From Caulobacteraceae bacterium (lineage in GTDB: Bacteria > Pseudomonadota > Alphaproteobacteria > Caulobacterales > Caulobacteraceae), in contig JAFBAO010000107.1 of assembly GCA_019247715.1 (NCBI GenBank), positions 24,377 to 88,376 on the forward strand: a stretch of 64,000 nucleotides of DNA, in the 5' to 3' direction. The position numbers were made by a program, and so were the translations under genes. Under the pieces are notes generated by a model, which was not told the origin of the DNA, did no database searches, and worked only from the letters and a program-made list of their open reading frames with translations. Position 1 is the first letter of the stretch, and every line of letters starts with the position of its first letter. Positions 34,604 to 42,486 of this stretch are shown here, piece after piece.

Positions 34604-35599
34604 CTAAAGGGCGCGGGTGGCGCGCAAGGACTTGGGCCTGGGTCCCCCAAGAGGAGCCTCGTCAGCCCCTGCGTCCGCCGCCTGGCCGAGCCAAGCCCGA
34701 TAGACCGCCACCGCCGCCGGGCGCCACCGGCGGACCGGTCGGGACCCGTCCAGGATCTCCAGGAAGGCGGGCAGCAGCGCCGGGTCGGACCGCAGGCGCG
34801 CCTGGGCGGTCAGCCGCTCCAGAGCCTGCTCGCTCTCGGCGTCGAGATAGCCAGCCGGCATGGCCGGCAGCCGCCCGCCGTTTCGGAAGAACCGCCCGAG
34901 GTCGCGGCCGTATTCGCGCAGCAGGCTGTCGGCTTCGTATTCCGGATGCCCCTGAAAGTAGAGCGACGCGCTTTCGCTCGGGCCCAGGAAGGCGTCCACG
35001 CCGGCGGTCGGCGAACGGCTCAGGATCTCATAGCCGGCGCTGACGAGATCCGCCTCGGCCAGGTCGTTCCAGCGCGAATGAGGAACCCAGAAGGCGTGGC
35101 TCAGGCCCTCGGCGAGGGGATGATCGCTGGCCGGCGCGCATGGGAACACCCCGCTCAGCTTTTCCGCCAGAGGCCGGCGGCGCACGCCTGCCTGATGCAG
35201 GACCGCCGCGTGGGCCGCCAGGCACGACCATACGGTGGGGACCCGCGCCGCCTCGGTCCAGTCGACCACCCGGCGAAGGTCGTCCCAATAGGGCTCGTCC
35301 TCGAGCGAGGCGGTGCGCGGCTCGGCCCCCGTGACGATGAGCCCGTCGAGGCCGGCGCCCGCCAGCGACCCGGCGTCGGCGTAGCGTCCTCGCATCTGCT
35401 CCCGGGCCCGCTCGCCCCTTTCAATCGCCGGCAAGGCGAAGAGGCGCAACTCCACGGAGAACTCGGTTCCCGCCTCCGCGAGCAGCCCCTCGAACTGGGC
35501 CTCGGCGGTCGCCAGCGCGCTGTCTCCGAGATTGTTGAGAAGACCGATGCGCAGCCGGCGCCGGCCGCCTCTCCTGGGCTCCTTGACGAGCGGGCTCAT
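34604..35599 (-). CDS. metA: Homoserine O-acyltransferase, MetA (HTS) family
   Basis: IGLLNN, DGLIVTGAEP, YWDDL, WSCLAAHA (catalytic Cys), PHSRWN, FQGHPEY; overlaps the metY stop. Confidence 0.85.
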   Translation of the reverse strand: MSPLVKEPRRGGRRRLRIGLLNNLGDSALATAEAQFEGLLAEAGTEFSVELRLFALPAIERGERAREQMRGRYADAGSLAGAGLDGLIVTGAEPRTASLEDEPYWDDLRRVVDWTEAARVPTVWSCLAAHAAVLHQAGVRRRPLAEKLSGVFPCAPASDHPLAEGLSHAFWVPHSRWNDLAEADLVSAGYEILSRSPTAGVDAFLGPSESASLYFQGHPEYEADSLLREYGRDLGRFFRNGGRLPAMPAGYLDAESEQALERLTAQARLRSDPALLPAFLEILDGSRPVRRWRPAAVAVYRAWLGQAADAGADEAPLGGPRPKSLRATRAL

Positions 35600-36885
35600 G
35601 GCCGCTTGCCGGCCAGCGCACCCGCCAACGCTTGGTCGAGATCGCCGATGATGTCGTCCACGTGCTCGATGCCGACGCAGAGCCGGATCATCTCGGGCGT
35701 CACCCCCGCCTTGGCGCGCTCGTCGTTGGTCATCTGCCTGTGGGTGGTGGAGGCCGGGTGGCAAGCCAGCGACTTCACGTCGCCGATGTTCACCAGCCGC
35801 TTGATGAGGCCGAGGCGGTCGTAGAAGACCTTGGCCGTCTCGAACCCGCCCGCCACGCCGAAGGTCAGCAGCGAGGGCGGGGTTCCGCGGAGATACTTCT
35901 GGGCGAGCTCGAAGTAGGGGCTCTCGGCGAAGCCCGCATAGCTCACCCACTCGATGCGCGGATCGGCCTTCAGGAATTCGGCGACCCGGCGGGCGTTCTC
36001 CACGTGCCGCTCCACCCGCAGCGCCACCGTCTCGATCCCCTGCAGCAGCAGGAAGGCGTTGAGCGGCGCCAGCACCGCCCCGGTGGTGCGCTGATAGACG
36101 CTGCGGATGCGCGCGGCGTAGGCGGCGGGGCCGAAGCGTTCGGTGTAGACGAGACCGTGATACGAGGCGTCCGGCTCGCTGAACATCGGGAACCGCGCCC
36201 GCTGGGCCGCCCAGTCGAAACGGCCGCCATCGACAACGACGCCGCCCATGGTGGTTCCGTGTCCGCCCATGAACTTGGTCAACGAATGAACCACGATGTC
36301 GGCGCCATGCTCGAAGGGGCGAAGCAGGATCGGGGTCGCCACCGTGTTGTCGACGATGAGGGGAACGCCGTGCCGATGGGCGGCCTCGGCGATGCCCGCG
36401 ATGTCGCAGATGTTGCCGGCCGGATTGCCGACGCTTTCGCAGAACACCGCCCGCGTATTTTCGTCGATGAGCCGCTCGATCGCTTCGGGGCTGTCGCTCT
36501 CGGCGAACCGCCCCTCGATCCCCTGCCTTGGAAGGACGTGCGAGAGCAGGGTGTGGCTCGTCCCATAGAGCTGCGGGGTTGAGACGATGTTGCCGCCGCG
36601 GTCCGCCAGGTTCACCAGGGCGTAGTGCAGCGCCGCCTGGCCCGAGGCGACCGCCACCGAAGCTGCGCCGCCCTCGAGCTCGGTCACCCGGGTCTCCAGG
36701 ATCGTGGTGGTGGGATTGGCGATCCGGCTGTAGCGGTAGCCCTCGACCTCGAGGTTGAACAGGGCCGCGCCGTGGTCGGCGCTCTCGAAGGCGTAGGCGG
36801 CCGTCTGATAGATCGGGACCGCGACCGCCCGGGTGGCCGGGTCGCAGTCGAAGCCGCTGTGGACGGCGATGGTCTCCCGGCGCAT
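35596..36885 (-). CDS. metY: O-acylhomoserine aminocarboxypropyltransferase (sulfhydrylase)
   Basis: AVPIYQT, YSRIANPT, VDNT, HSLTKFMGGHG (PLP Lys), NIGDVKSL..HPASTTH. Confidence 0.9.
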   Translation of the reverse strand: MRRETIAVHSGFDCDPATRAVAVPIYQTAAYAFESADHGAALFNLEVEGYRYSRIANPTTTILETRVTELEGGAASVAVASGQAALHYALVNLADRGGNIVSTPQLYGTSHTLLSHVLPRQGIEGRFAESDSPEAIERLIDENTRAVFCESVGNPAGNICDIAGIAEAAHRHGVPLIVDNTVATPILLRPFEHGADIVVHSLTKFMGGHGTTMGGVVVDGGRFDWAAQRARFPMFSEPDASYHGLVYTERFGPAAYAARIRSVYQRTTGAVLAPLNAFLLLQGIETVALRVERHVENARRVAEFLKADPRIEWVSYAGFAESPYFELAQKYLRGTPPSLLTFGVAGGFETAKVFYDRLGLIKRLVNIGDVKSLACHPASTTHRQMTNDERAKAGVTPEMIRLCVGIEHVDDIIGDLDQALAGALAGKRP

Positions 36886-36951
36886 GAAGGCCTCCGATGC
36901 CGGCGCACTGATCTCGAATTGGACCGGCGCCAGCGTCCCGCGCAACAAAAC

Positions 36952-36967
36952 TGCAGGACGCATGCCG
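36952..36967 (-). promoter_or_regulatory. Putative sigma54 -24/-12 promoter for metY-metA
   Basis: Minus strand CGGCAT-GCGTC-CTGCA; invariant GG and GC correctly spaced. Confidence 0.5.
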
Positions 36968-36977
36968 GGCCGGCGGC

Positions 36978-36993
36978 TGGCGCGCGTCTTGCT
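36978..36993 (+). promoter_or_regulatory. Sigma54 -24/-12 promoter for the long-chain acyl-CoA synthetase
   Basis: TGGCGC-GCGTC-TTGCT, 44 nt before ATG 37038. Confidence 0.7.
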
Positions 36994-37037
36994 CCATTCG
37001 GTGTTAAGCCCCTCATTAGGCCCCGTCGACGCAAACC

Positions 37038-38819
37038 ATGCCCCCTGAGACCGAGGCGATTGCAAAGCCCGCGCTGCGCTCCGCGAACAAGGACTGGCTG
37101 CGCGCGCTGGAAATGACCGGCCGCCTGGAAGCGCGGCCGAACCGCATCCTGCCGAGCGTAATCGACGAGCAGGCAGAGCGGCTGGGCGAGGCGCCGGCCC
37201 TGCTTTCGGAAAGCGAGACCCTTTCGTTCCCGGCCCTGGCCGGGCGCGTCCGACGCTACGGGCGGTGGGCCCTGGAGAGCGGACTGGGCAAGGGCGACGT
37301 CGTCGCCCTGCTGATGCCGAACCGTCCCGAATACCTGGCCGCCTGGCTCGGGCTCACGCGGGTGGGCGTCGTGACGGGCTTGCTCAACCCTGAGCTCCGA
37401 GGCGCCTCTCTGGCGCACTGCGTGGGTGTCGCGCGCGCCAAGCGGATCATCGTGGACGCGCGGCTGGCGGGCGGCCTGCTGGAGGCCATCGGCGTCGAAG
37501 GGCCGCCGATCGTCGTTCACGGCGAAGGCTGGAGCGGCCTGCCGCGGATCGATCTGGAGCTCGCGACGCTTCCGGCCGAGGCGGCGGGGCCGGAGGTCAC
37601 CCTCGCCGACCCGGCCCTGCTCATCTACACCTCCGGCACCACCGGTTTGCCCAAGGCGGCGCGGGTCAGCCACCACCGGGTCATGAGCTGGAGCTACTGG
37701 TTCGCGGGCCTCGCCGACATCCGGCCCACCGACCGGCTCTACGACTGCCTGCCGCTCTGCCACAGCGCTGGCGGCGTGGCGGCGGTGGGCGCGGCGCTGG
37801 TCGGCGGCGCCTCGACCGTCATCGCCCCGAAATTCTCGGCCAGCCGCTTCTGGGACGAGGTGACGGACTGGGAGTGCACCCTCTTCCAGTACATCGGCGA
37901 GCTCTGCCGCTATCTCCTGGCCGCGCCGCCTCACCCGAGGGAACGGGCGCATCGCCTGAGGCTCTGCTGCGGCAACGGCCTGGCCGGCGACGTCTGGACC
38001 GCGTTCCAACAGCGCTTCGCCGTCCCCCAGATCCTGGAGTTCTACGCCGCCACCGAGGGCACGTTCTCGCTCTACAACGTGGAGGGAAAGCCCGGGGCGA
38101 TCGGGCGGGTGCCGCCGCTCCTGCGGCATCGGTTCCCGGCGGCGATCGTCAAGTACGACGCCGACGCCCGCGCGCCGGCCCGCAACCCCGAGGGCTTCTG
38201 CATCCCCTGCGCCAGCGGCGAGGCGGGAGAGGCCATCGGCCGGATCGCCTCCCAGGGAACCGGCCGGTTCGAGGGCTACACCGACATTGCCGAGAGCCAG
38301 AAGAAGCTGCTGCGCGACGTCTTCGCCCCCGGCGACGCCTGGTTCCGGACCGGCGACCTGATGCGCCAGGACGACCAGGCTTTCTGGTATTTCGTCGACC
38401 GGATCGGCGACACTTTCCGCTGGAAGGGAGAGAACGTCTCCGCCGCCGAGGTCGCCGAAGCTCTGCGCGCCTTCCCGGGGATCCGGGACGCCAGCGTCTA
38501 TGGCGTCGTCGTTCCCGGCGCCGGCGGGCGGGCCGGCATGGCCGCGGTGGTCGCCGGCCCCGATTTCGATCTCGCCGTCCTGCCGGCGCACCTGGCGGCG
38601 CGCCTCCCGGACTACGCGAGACCGGTCTTCCTGAGGCTCGTCCCGACGCTGGCGGTGACCGAGACCTTCAAGCCGAAGAAGGCGGCGCTGGCCGAGGAGG
38701 GCTATGATCCGGGCCGCTCGGACGATCCCCTCTACCTCTACGACCGCGAGCGGGGAGCCTATGTGGGTCTGGATGCGGACCTTCTCGCGCAGGTCCGAGA
38801 GGGGCGACTGCGCCTCTGA
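37038..38819 (+). CDS. Long-chain acyl-CoA synthetase (FATP/SLC27-like)
   Basis: IYTSGTTGLPKAA, FQYIGELCRYL, WFRTGDL, DRIGDTFRWKGENVS. Confidence 0.9.
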   Translation: MPPETEAIAKPALRSANKDWLRALEMTGRLEARPNRILPSVIDEQAERLGEAPALLSESETLSFPALAGRVRRYGRWALESGLGKGDVVALLMPNRPEYLAAWLGLTRVGVVTGLLNPELRGASLAHCVGVARAKRIIVDARLAGGLLEAIGVEGPPIVVHGEGWSGLPRIDLELATLPAEAAGPEVTLADPALLIYTSGTTGLPKAARVSHHRVMSWSYWFAGLADIRPTDRLYDCLPLCHSAGGVAAVGAALVGGASTVIAPKFSASRFWDEVTDWECTLFQYIGELCRYLLAAPPHPRERAHRLRLCCGNGLAGDVWTAFQQRFAVPQILEFYAATEGTFSLYNVEGKPGAIGRVPPLLRHRFPAAIVKYDADARAPARNPEGFCIPCASGEAGEAIGRIASQGTGRFEGYTDIAESQKKLLRDVFAPGDAWFRTGDLMRQDDQAFWYFVDRIGDTFRWKGENVSAAEVAEALRAFPGIRDASVYGVVVPGAGGRAGMAAVVAGPDFDLAVLPAHLAARLPDYARPVFLRLVPTLAVTETFKPKKAALAEEGYDPGRSDDPLYLYDRERGAYVGLDADLLAQVREGRLRL

Positions 38820-39749
38820 TCAGCCGATCAGGCCGCGCAACTGCGCCCCGATCGCGGTCGCCGCCGCCTCGCCGTAGGGAATCGCCTGCGCCAGCGCATA
38901 GAAGTAGTGAATCATCCCTGCGTGGCAGGTCTCTTCCACCTTCACACCGGCGCCCTTCAGTCGCCCGGCGTAGGCCGTGCCCTCGTCCCGGAACGGATCG
39001 AACTCGGCCGTATGCAACAGCGTCGGCGGGAGTCCCTCGAAGCTGGCCGCCTGCAGCGGAGAAAGGCGCGGATCGCGACGATCGAGAGGCGGCGGGCAAT
39101 AGGCGTCGACATCCCGGTCCATGGTCGCGCGACTGAGGAAGAAGCCCTCGGAGAGGGCGCGCCGCGATTCCGACTCTTCGGCGAGGTCGAGGATCGGGCA
39201 GATCAGCAGTTGGGCGGCGATCATCGGGCCGCCTTGGTCCCGGAGCGCGGCGCTGGCGGCGGCGGCGAGGCCCCCGCCGGCCGAATCCCCCCCGATCGCC
39301 AGCCGATCCGGATCGATCCCCAGCTCCGCCGCCTTGTCCCCCACCCACCGCACCGCGGCCAGAGCGTCGTCGAACGCGGCCGGGAAAGGGTGTTCCGGCG
39401 CGAGCCGGTAGTCGACCGCGACCACGGTCAGGCGCGCGGCCTCGGCGAGCCGCCCGCAAAGGCCCCCATGCGTCTCGGCGCCCCCGGCGACCCAGCCCCC
39501 GCCGTGGAGGAAGACCAGCGCCGGCTGCGGTCCATCCGAAGCCTCTGCAGGCGCATAGAGGTCGAGCCCGACAGCGCCCCCGGGGCCGGGCGCCTCCAGG
39601 CGGCGGACGGGCGCGCGGCCAGGGCGATCGGCCATCTGCGCCAGGGCTCGCAGGCCCTCGCGCCGCGCGGCCGCCGTCGCCTCCGCGCCCGCCGAACCGC
39701 CGGCCGCCAGCATGTCCAGAAGGCGCTGGGCGCGGCGATCGAGCGGCAT
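38820..39749 (-). CDS. Alpha/beta hydrolase, HSL family esterase
   Basis: HGGG oxyanion motif, GDSAGG nucleophile, EFDPFRDEG, GMIH. Confidence 0.92.
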   Translation of the reverse strand: MPLDRRAQRLLDMLAAGGSAGAEATAAARREGLRALAQMADRPGRAPVRRLEAPGPGGAVGLDLYAPAEASDGPQPALVFLHGGGWVAGGAETHGGLCGRLAEAARLTVVAVDYRLAPEHPFPAAFDDALAAVRWVGDKAAELGIDPDRLAIGGDSAGGGLAAAASAALRDQGGPMIAAQLLICPILDLAEESESRRALSEGFFLSRATMDRDVDAYCPPPLDRRDPRLSPLQAASFEGLPPTLLHTAEFDPFRDEGTAYAGRLKGAGVKVEETCHAGMIHYFYALAQAIPYGEAAATAIGAQLRGLIG

Positions 39750-39758
39750 GAGGGAAAG

Positions 39759-40025
39759 CTAGGCCGCCAGGCCGATGGCGTCCACCAGGCGGCAGATGGC
39801 GTCTATGCTGCGGAAGTTCGCCGGCGTCATCTGCTTCTGGGGAATCTCGATGCCGAAGGCGTCTTCCACCGCGAGCATCAGATTGACCATGTCCAGCGAG
39901 GTGAGGCCGAGCTCCGTCAGGTCGTGAGCCGGATCCAGCGGACCGGCGATCCCCCGCCGGGCCATGACCCCTTCCACGATGCCGGTGATCGTCGCCTGCG
40001 CCGACGCTGTAGACCCCTGCCCCAT
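39759..40025 (-). CDS. Carrier protein 1 (phosphopantetheine-binding; likely cognate of the aa:CP ligase)
   Basis: LGLTSLDMVNLMLAVEDAFGIEIPQKQMTPANF; Ppant Ser in GLTS. Confidence 0.88.
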   Translation of the reverse strand: MGQGSTASAQATITGIVEGVMARRGIAGPLDPAHDLTELGLTSLDMVNLMLAVEDAFGIEIPQKQMTPANFRSIDAICRLVDAIGLAA

Positions 40026-40112
40026 CTCAACACCCCAACGGCGCCGCGGCGCCACACTTTCGTCCCATTCCGGACCGGTTCCAACGACCGTCCTATTCGG
40101 GATTGCGCGGGT

Positions 40113-40128
40113 TGCAAGCGGCAAGCCA
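40113..40128 (-). promoter_or_regulatory. Putative sigma54 promoter for carrier protein 1 and the esterase
   Basis: Minus strand TGGCTT-GCCGC-TTGCA. Confidence 0.6.
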
Positions 40129-40201
40129 CCAGGCGGCGAAGTCCGCGCCATGATTGAGCGTCGAATAGGCTCGGCGGCCCAGTGACGAACCGCTTGCCGG
40201 G

Positions 40202-40217
40202 TGGCATGGGGATTGCT
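40202..40217 (+). promoter_or_regulatory. Sigma54 promoter for the ACAD-ligase operon
   Basis: TGGCAT-GGGGA-TTGCT, near-perfect consensus, 64 nt before ATG 40282. Confidence 0.75.
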
Positions 40218-40281
40218 GATCTGGCGTCCGAGCAAGCGACGTCGCCACCTTTCGGCCGTCGGATGAATCAGGGATCAGCGT

Positions 40282-41496
40282 ATGGGCGTTCAAGACTTCC
40301 ACCGGGCCAGCGAGCCAAGCACGGTCGCGAAGGGTCCGATCGTCGCCGAGCCGCTGATGGCGCGCGCCGCGCGCGCCGCCGCCGTCGCGGCCGCACACGC
40401 CGAGGCGGTCGATCGCGACGCGCGCTTTCCTGCTGAAGCGATCGCCGCCGCCAAGGCCGAGGGACTGTTGGGGGTCATGGTCCCGGCTTCGCTGGGCGGC
40501 GAGGGGCTCGGCCTTCGCCAGGTGATGGAGGTCTGCTACACGCTCGGCCGAGCCTGCGCGTCGACGGCGATGATCTACGCCATGCACCAGGTGAAGGTGG
40601 CGTGCGTGGTCCGCCATGGCGTGGGCAGCGCCTGGCACGAGGACTTCCTGCGGCGCCTGGTGCGCGAGCAGCTCTTGCTCGCCTCCTCCACCACCGAGGG
40701 ACAGGGCGGCGGCAACGTCCGCTCCAGCGAAGCGCCGATCGAGCGGTCCGGCGACCGGATCTCGCTGGTCCGGGCGGCGAGCGTGATCTCCTACGGCGAA
40801 GCGGCCGATGCGGTGGTCACCACCGCCCGCCGGGCCCCCGATGCGTCGGCCTCCGACCAGGTGCTGACGGTGTTCCTGCGCGCCGATTACAGCCTGGAGC
40901 GCAATCTGGAGTGGGACACGCTCGGCATGCGCGGCACCTGCAGCGCCGGGTTCACCCTGCGGGCCGAGGGCGAGGCCGCGCAAATCCTGCCGGTCGCCTA
41001 CGAGACCATCCACGCCCACAGCATGGTTCCGGCCGCCCACATCCTCTGGTCCAGCACCTGGGCCGGCGTCGCCGCTTCCGCGGTGGAGCGGGCGCGGCGC
41101 TACCTGCGCAAGGCCGCCGCGGCCGGGGCCCTGCCGCCGAGCGCCCCCTATTTCACCCGCGCCAACGGCGAGCTGAGGGCGCTGCGGGCGCTGATCGCCG
41201 CCGCGGTCGATCGCTACGAGGCGGTCATGGACCAGCCTGACGCCCTTTCGGCGATGGATTTCCAATCGCAGATCAGCCTGCTGAAGGTGGACACCTCGGA
41301 ACTGGCGGTCTCGGCGGTGATGAGCGCCATGCGTTGCTGCGGGCTCTCCGGCTACCGCAACGACTCTGACGCCTCCATCGGACGGCGACTGCGCGACATC
41401 CTCTCGGCGCCGATCATGATCAACAACGACCGCATCCTGGCCAACGTCGGCGCTTCGGCGCTGCTGACCGAGGTGGCGGCCTCCATCAAGGACTGA
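40282..41496 (+). CDS. Acyl-CoA dehydrogenase-fold flavoprotein (atypical)
   Basis: AVDRDARFP, CASTAMIYAMH, SSTTEGQGGGN, WDTLGMRGTCS, RRLRDILSAPIMINND. Confidence 0.85.
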   Translation: MGVQDFHRASEPSTVAKGPIVAEPLMARAARAAAVAAAHAEAVDRDARFPAEAIAAAKAEGLLGVMVPASLGGEGLGLRQVMEVCYTLGRACASTAMIYAMHQVKVACVVRHGVGSAWHEDFLRRLVREQLLLASSTTEGQGGGNVRSSEAPIERSGDRISLVRAASVISYGEAADAVVTTARRAPDASASDQVLTVFLRADYSLERNLEWDTLGMRGTCSAGFTLRAEGEAAQILPVAYETIHAHSMVPAAHILWSSTWAGVAASAVERARRYLRKAAAAGALPPSAPYFTRANGELRALRALIAAAVDRYEAVMDQPDALSAMDFQSQISLLKVDTSELAVSAVMSAMRCCGLSGYRNDSDASIGRRLRDILSAPIMINNDRILANVGASALLTEVAASIKD

Positions 41497-41499
41497 ACC

Positions 41500-42411
41500 G
41501 TGAACGACATGCCCAGATTCCAAGGCAAGGCGGACACCCTGAAGGAGGGGCTTTTCCTGCCCAGCGGCGTGGACGGGATCTACGCCCGCACCGGCCTTTA
41601 CGAGGGGGTGGTGGAGTCGCTCGCCGCCCTGATCTCTTCGGAGCGTCCCGCCGGCGCCGAGGTGCTGCGGTTCCCGCCCGTGATGAGCCGCGCCCAGATC
41701 GAGCGGCACGGCTACCTGAAGAGCTTTCCGAACCTCCTGGGCTGCGTCAGCTGCCTGACCGGCGACGAGCGGCATATCCGCGGCGTCGTCCAGCGGTTCG
41801 AGGAGGGCGCCGATTGGACGAGCGAGCTCGGGGCGGCCGATCTGGTGCTGGCCCCGGCGGCCTGCTATCCGGTTTACCCTCTGGCCGCCGCCCGGGGAGC
41901 GGTCCCCGCCGAAGGCCTCACCTTCGACGTGGCCGCCGATTGCTTCCGGCGTGAGCCTTCCACCGACATCGACCGCTTCCAGTCCTTCCGGATGCGCGAA
42001 TATGTCCGCATCGGCTCGCCCGAGCAGATCCACGCGTTCCGCGAGGCGTGGATCGGGCGGGCCAAGAGCCTCGCCGACCGTCTCGGCCTCGGCTACCGCA
42101 TCGACCTCGCCAGCGACCCCTTCTTCGGACGCGGCGGGGCGATCGTGGCCGCCAGCCAGATCGAGCAGGCGCTCAAGTTCGAGTTGCTCATCCCGGTGCG
42201 CTCCGAGGCCGAGCCGACCGCCTGCATGAGCTTCAACTACCACCAGGACCACTTCGGGCTCACCTGGGACCTGCGAACCGGCGACGGCGGCCCCGCCCAC
42301 ACCGGCTGCGTGGCCTTCGGCATGGACCGGCTGGCCGTCGCCATGTTCGCCACCCACGGTCTCGATACGGACGCCTGGCCGGCGGGCGTGCGAAAGGCGT
42401 TGAAGCTCTGA
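41500..42411 (+). CDS. Amino acid:[carrier protein] ligase (truncated atypical SerRS homolog)
   Basis: GYLKSFP, PAACYPVYP (Zn Cys), motif 2 CFRREPS, FRMREYV (Zn Glu), SDPFFGR, SFNYHQDHFG, HTGCVAFGMDR (Zn Cys, motif 3); no tRNA-binding domain. Confidence 0.92.
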   Translation: MNDMPRFQGKADTLKEGLFLPSGVDGIYARTGLYEGVVESLAALISSERPAGAEVLRFPPVMSRAQIERHGYLKSFPNLLGCVSCLTGDERHIRGVVQRFEEGADWTSELGAADLVLAPAACYPVYPLAAARGAVPAEGLTFDVAADCFRREPSTDIDRFQSFRMREYVRIGSPEQIHAFREAWIGRAKSLADRLGLGYRIDLASDPFFGRGGAIVAASQIEQALKFELLIPVRSEAEPTACMSFNYHQDHFGLTWDLRTGDGGPAHTGCVAFGMDRLAVAMFATHGLDTDAWPAGVRKALKL

Positions 42412-42425
42412 CCGACTGCTCCCCA

Positions 42426-42442
42426 CCTCCCCAAACGGGAGG
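42426..42442 (+). terminator. Short GC hairpin after the ligase gene
   Basis: CCTCCC-CAAAC-GGGAGG; no U-tract. Confidence 0.25.
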
Positions 42443-42486
42443 GAACGCTCTAGGCTGCGGGTGGAAACGCGCCGAGAGCGGGGGAC

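Noticed and set aside
41500-42411. Annotation as a truncated or pseudogene seryl-tRNA synthetase
   Set aside because: Intact ORF with full catalytic and Zn motifs; absence of the tRNA-binding domain is the defining feature of aa:CP ligases
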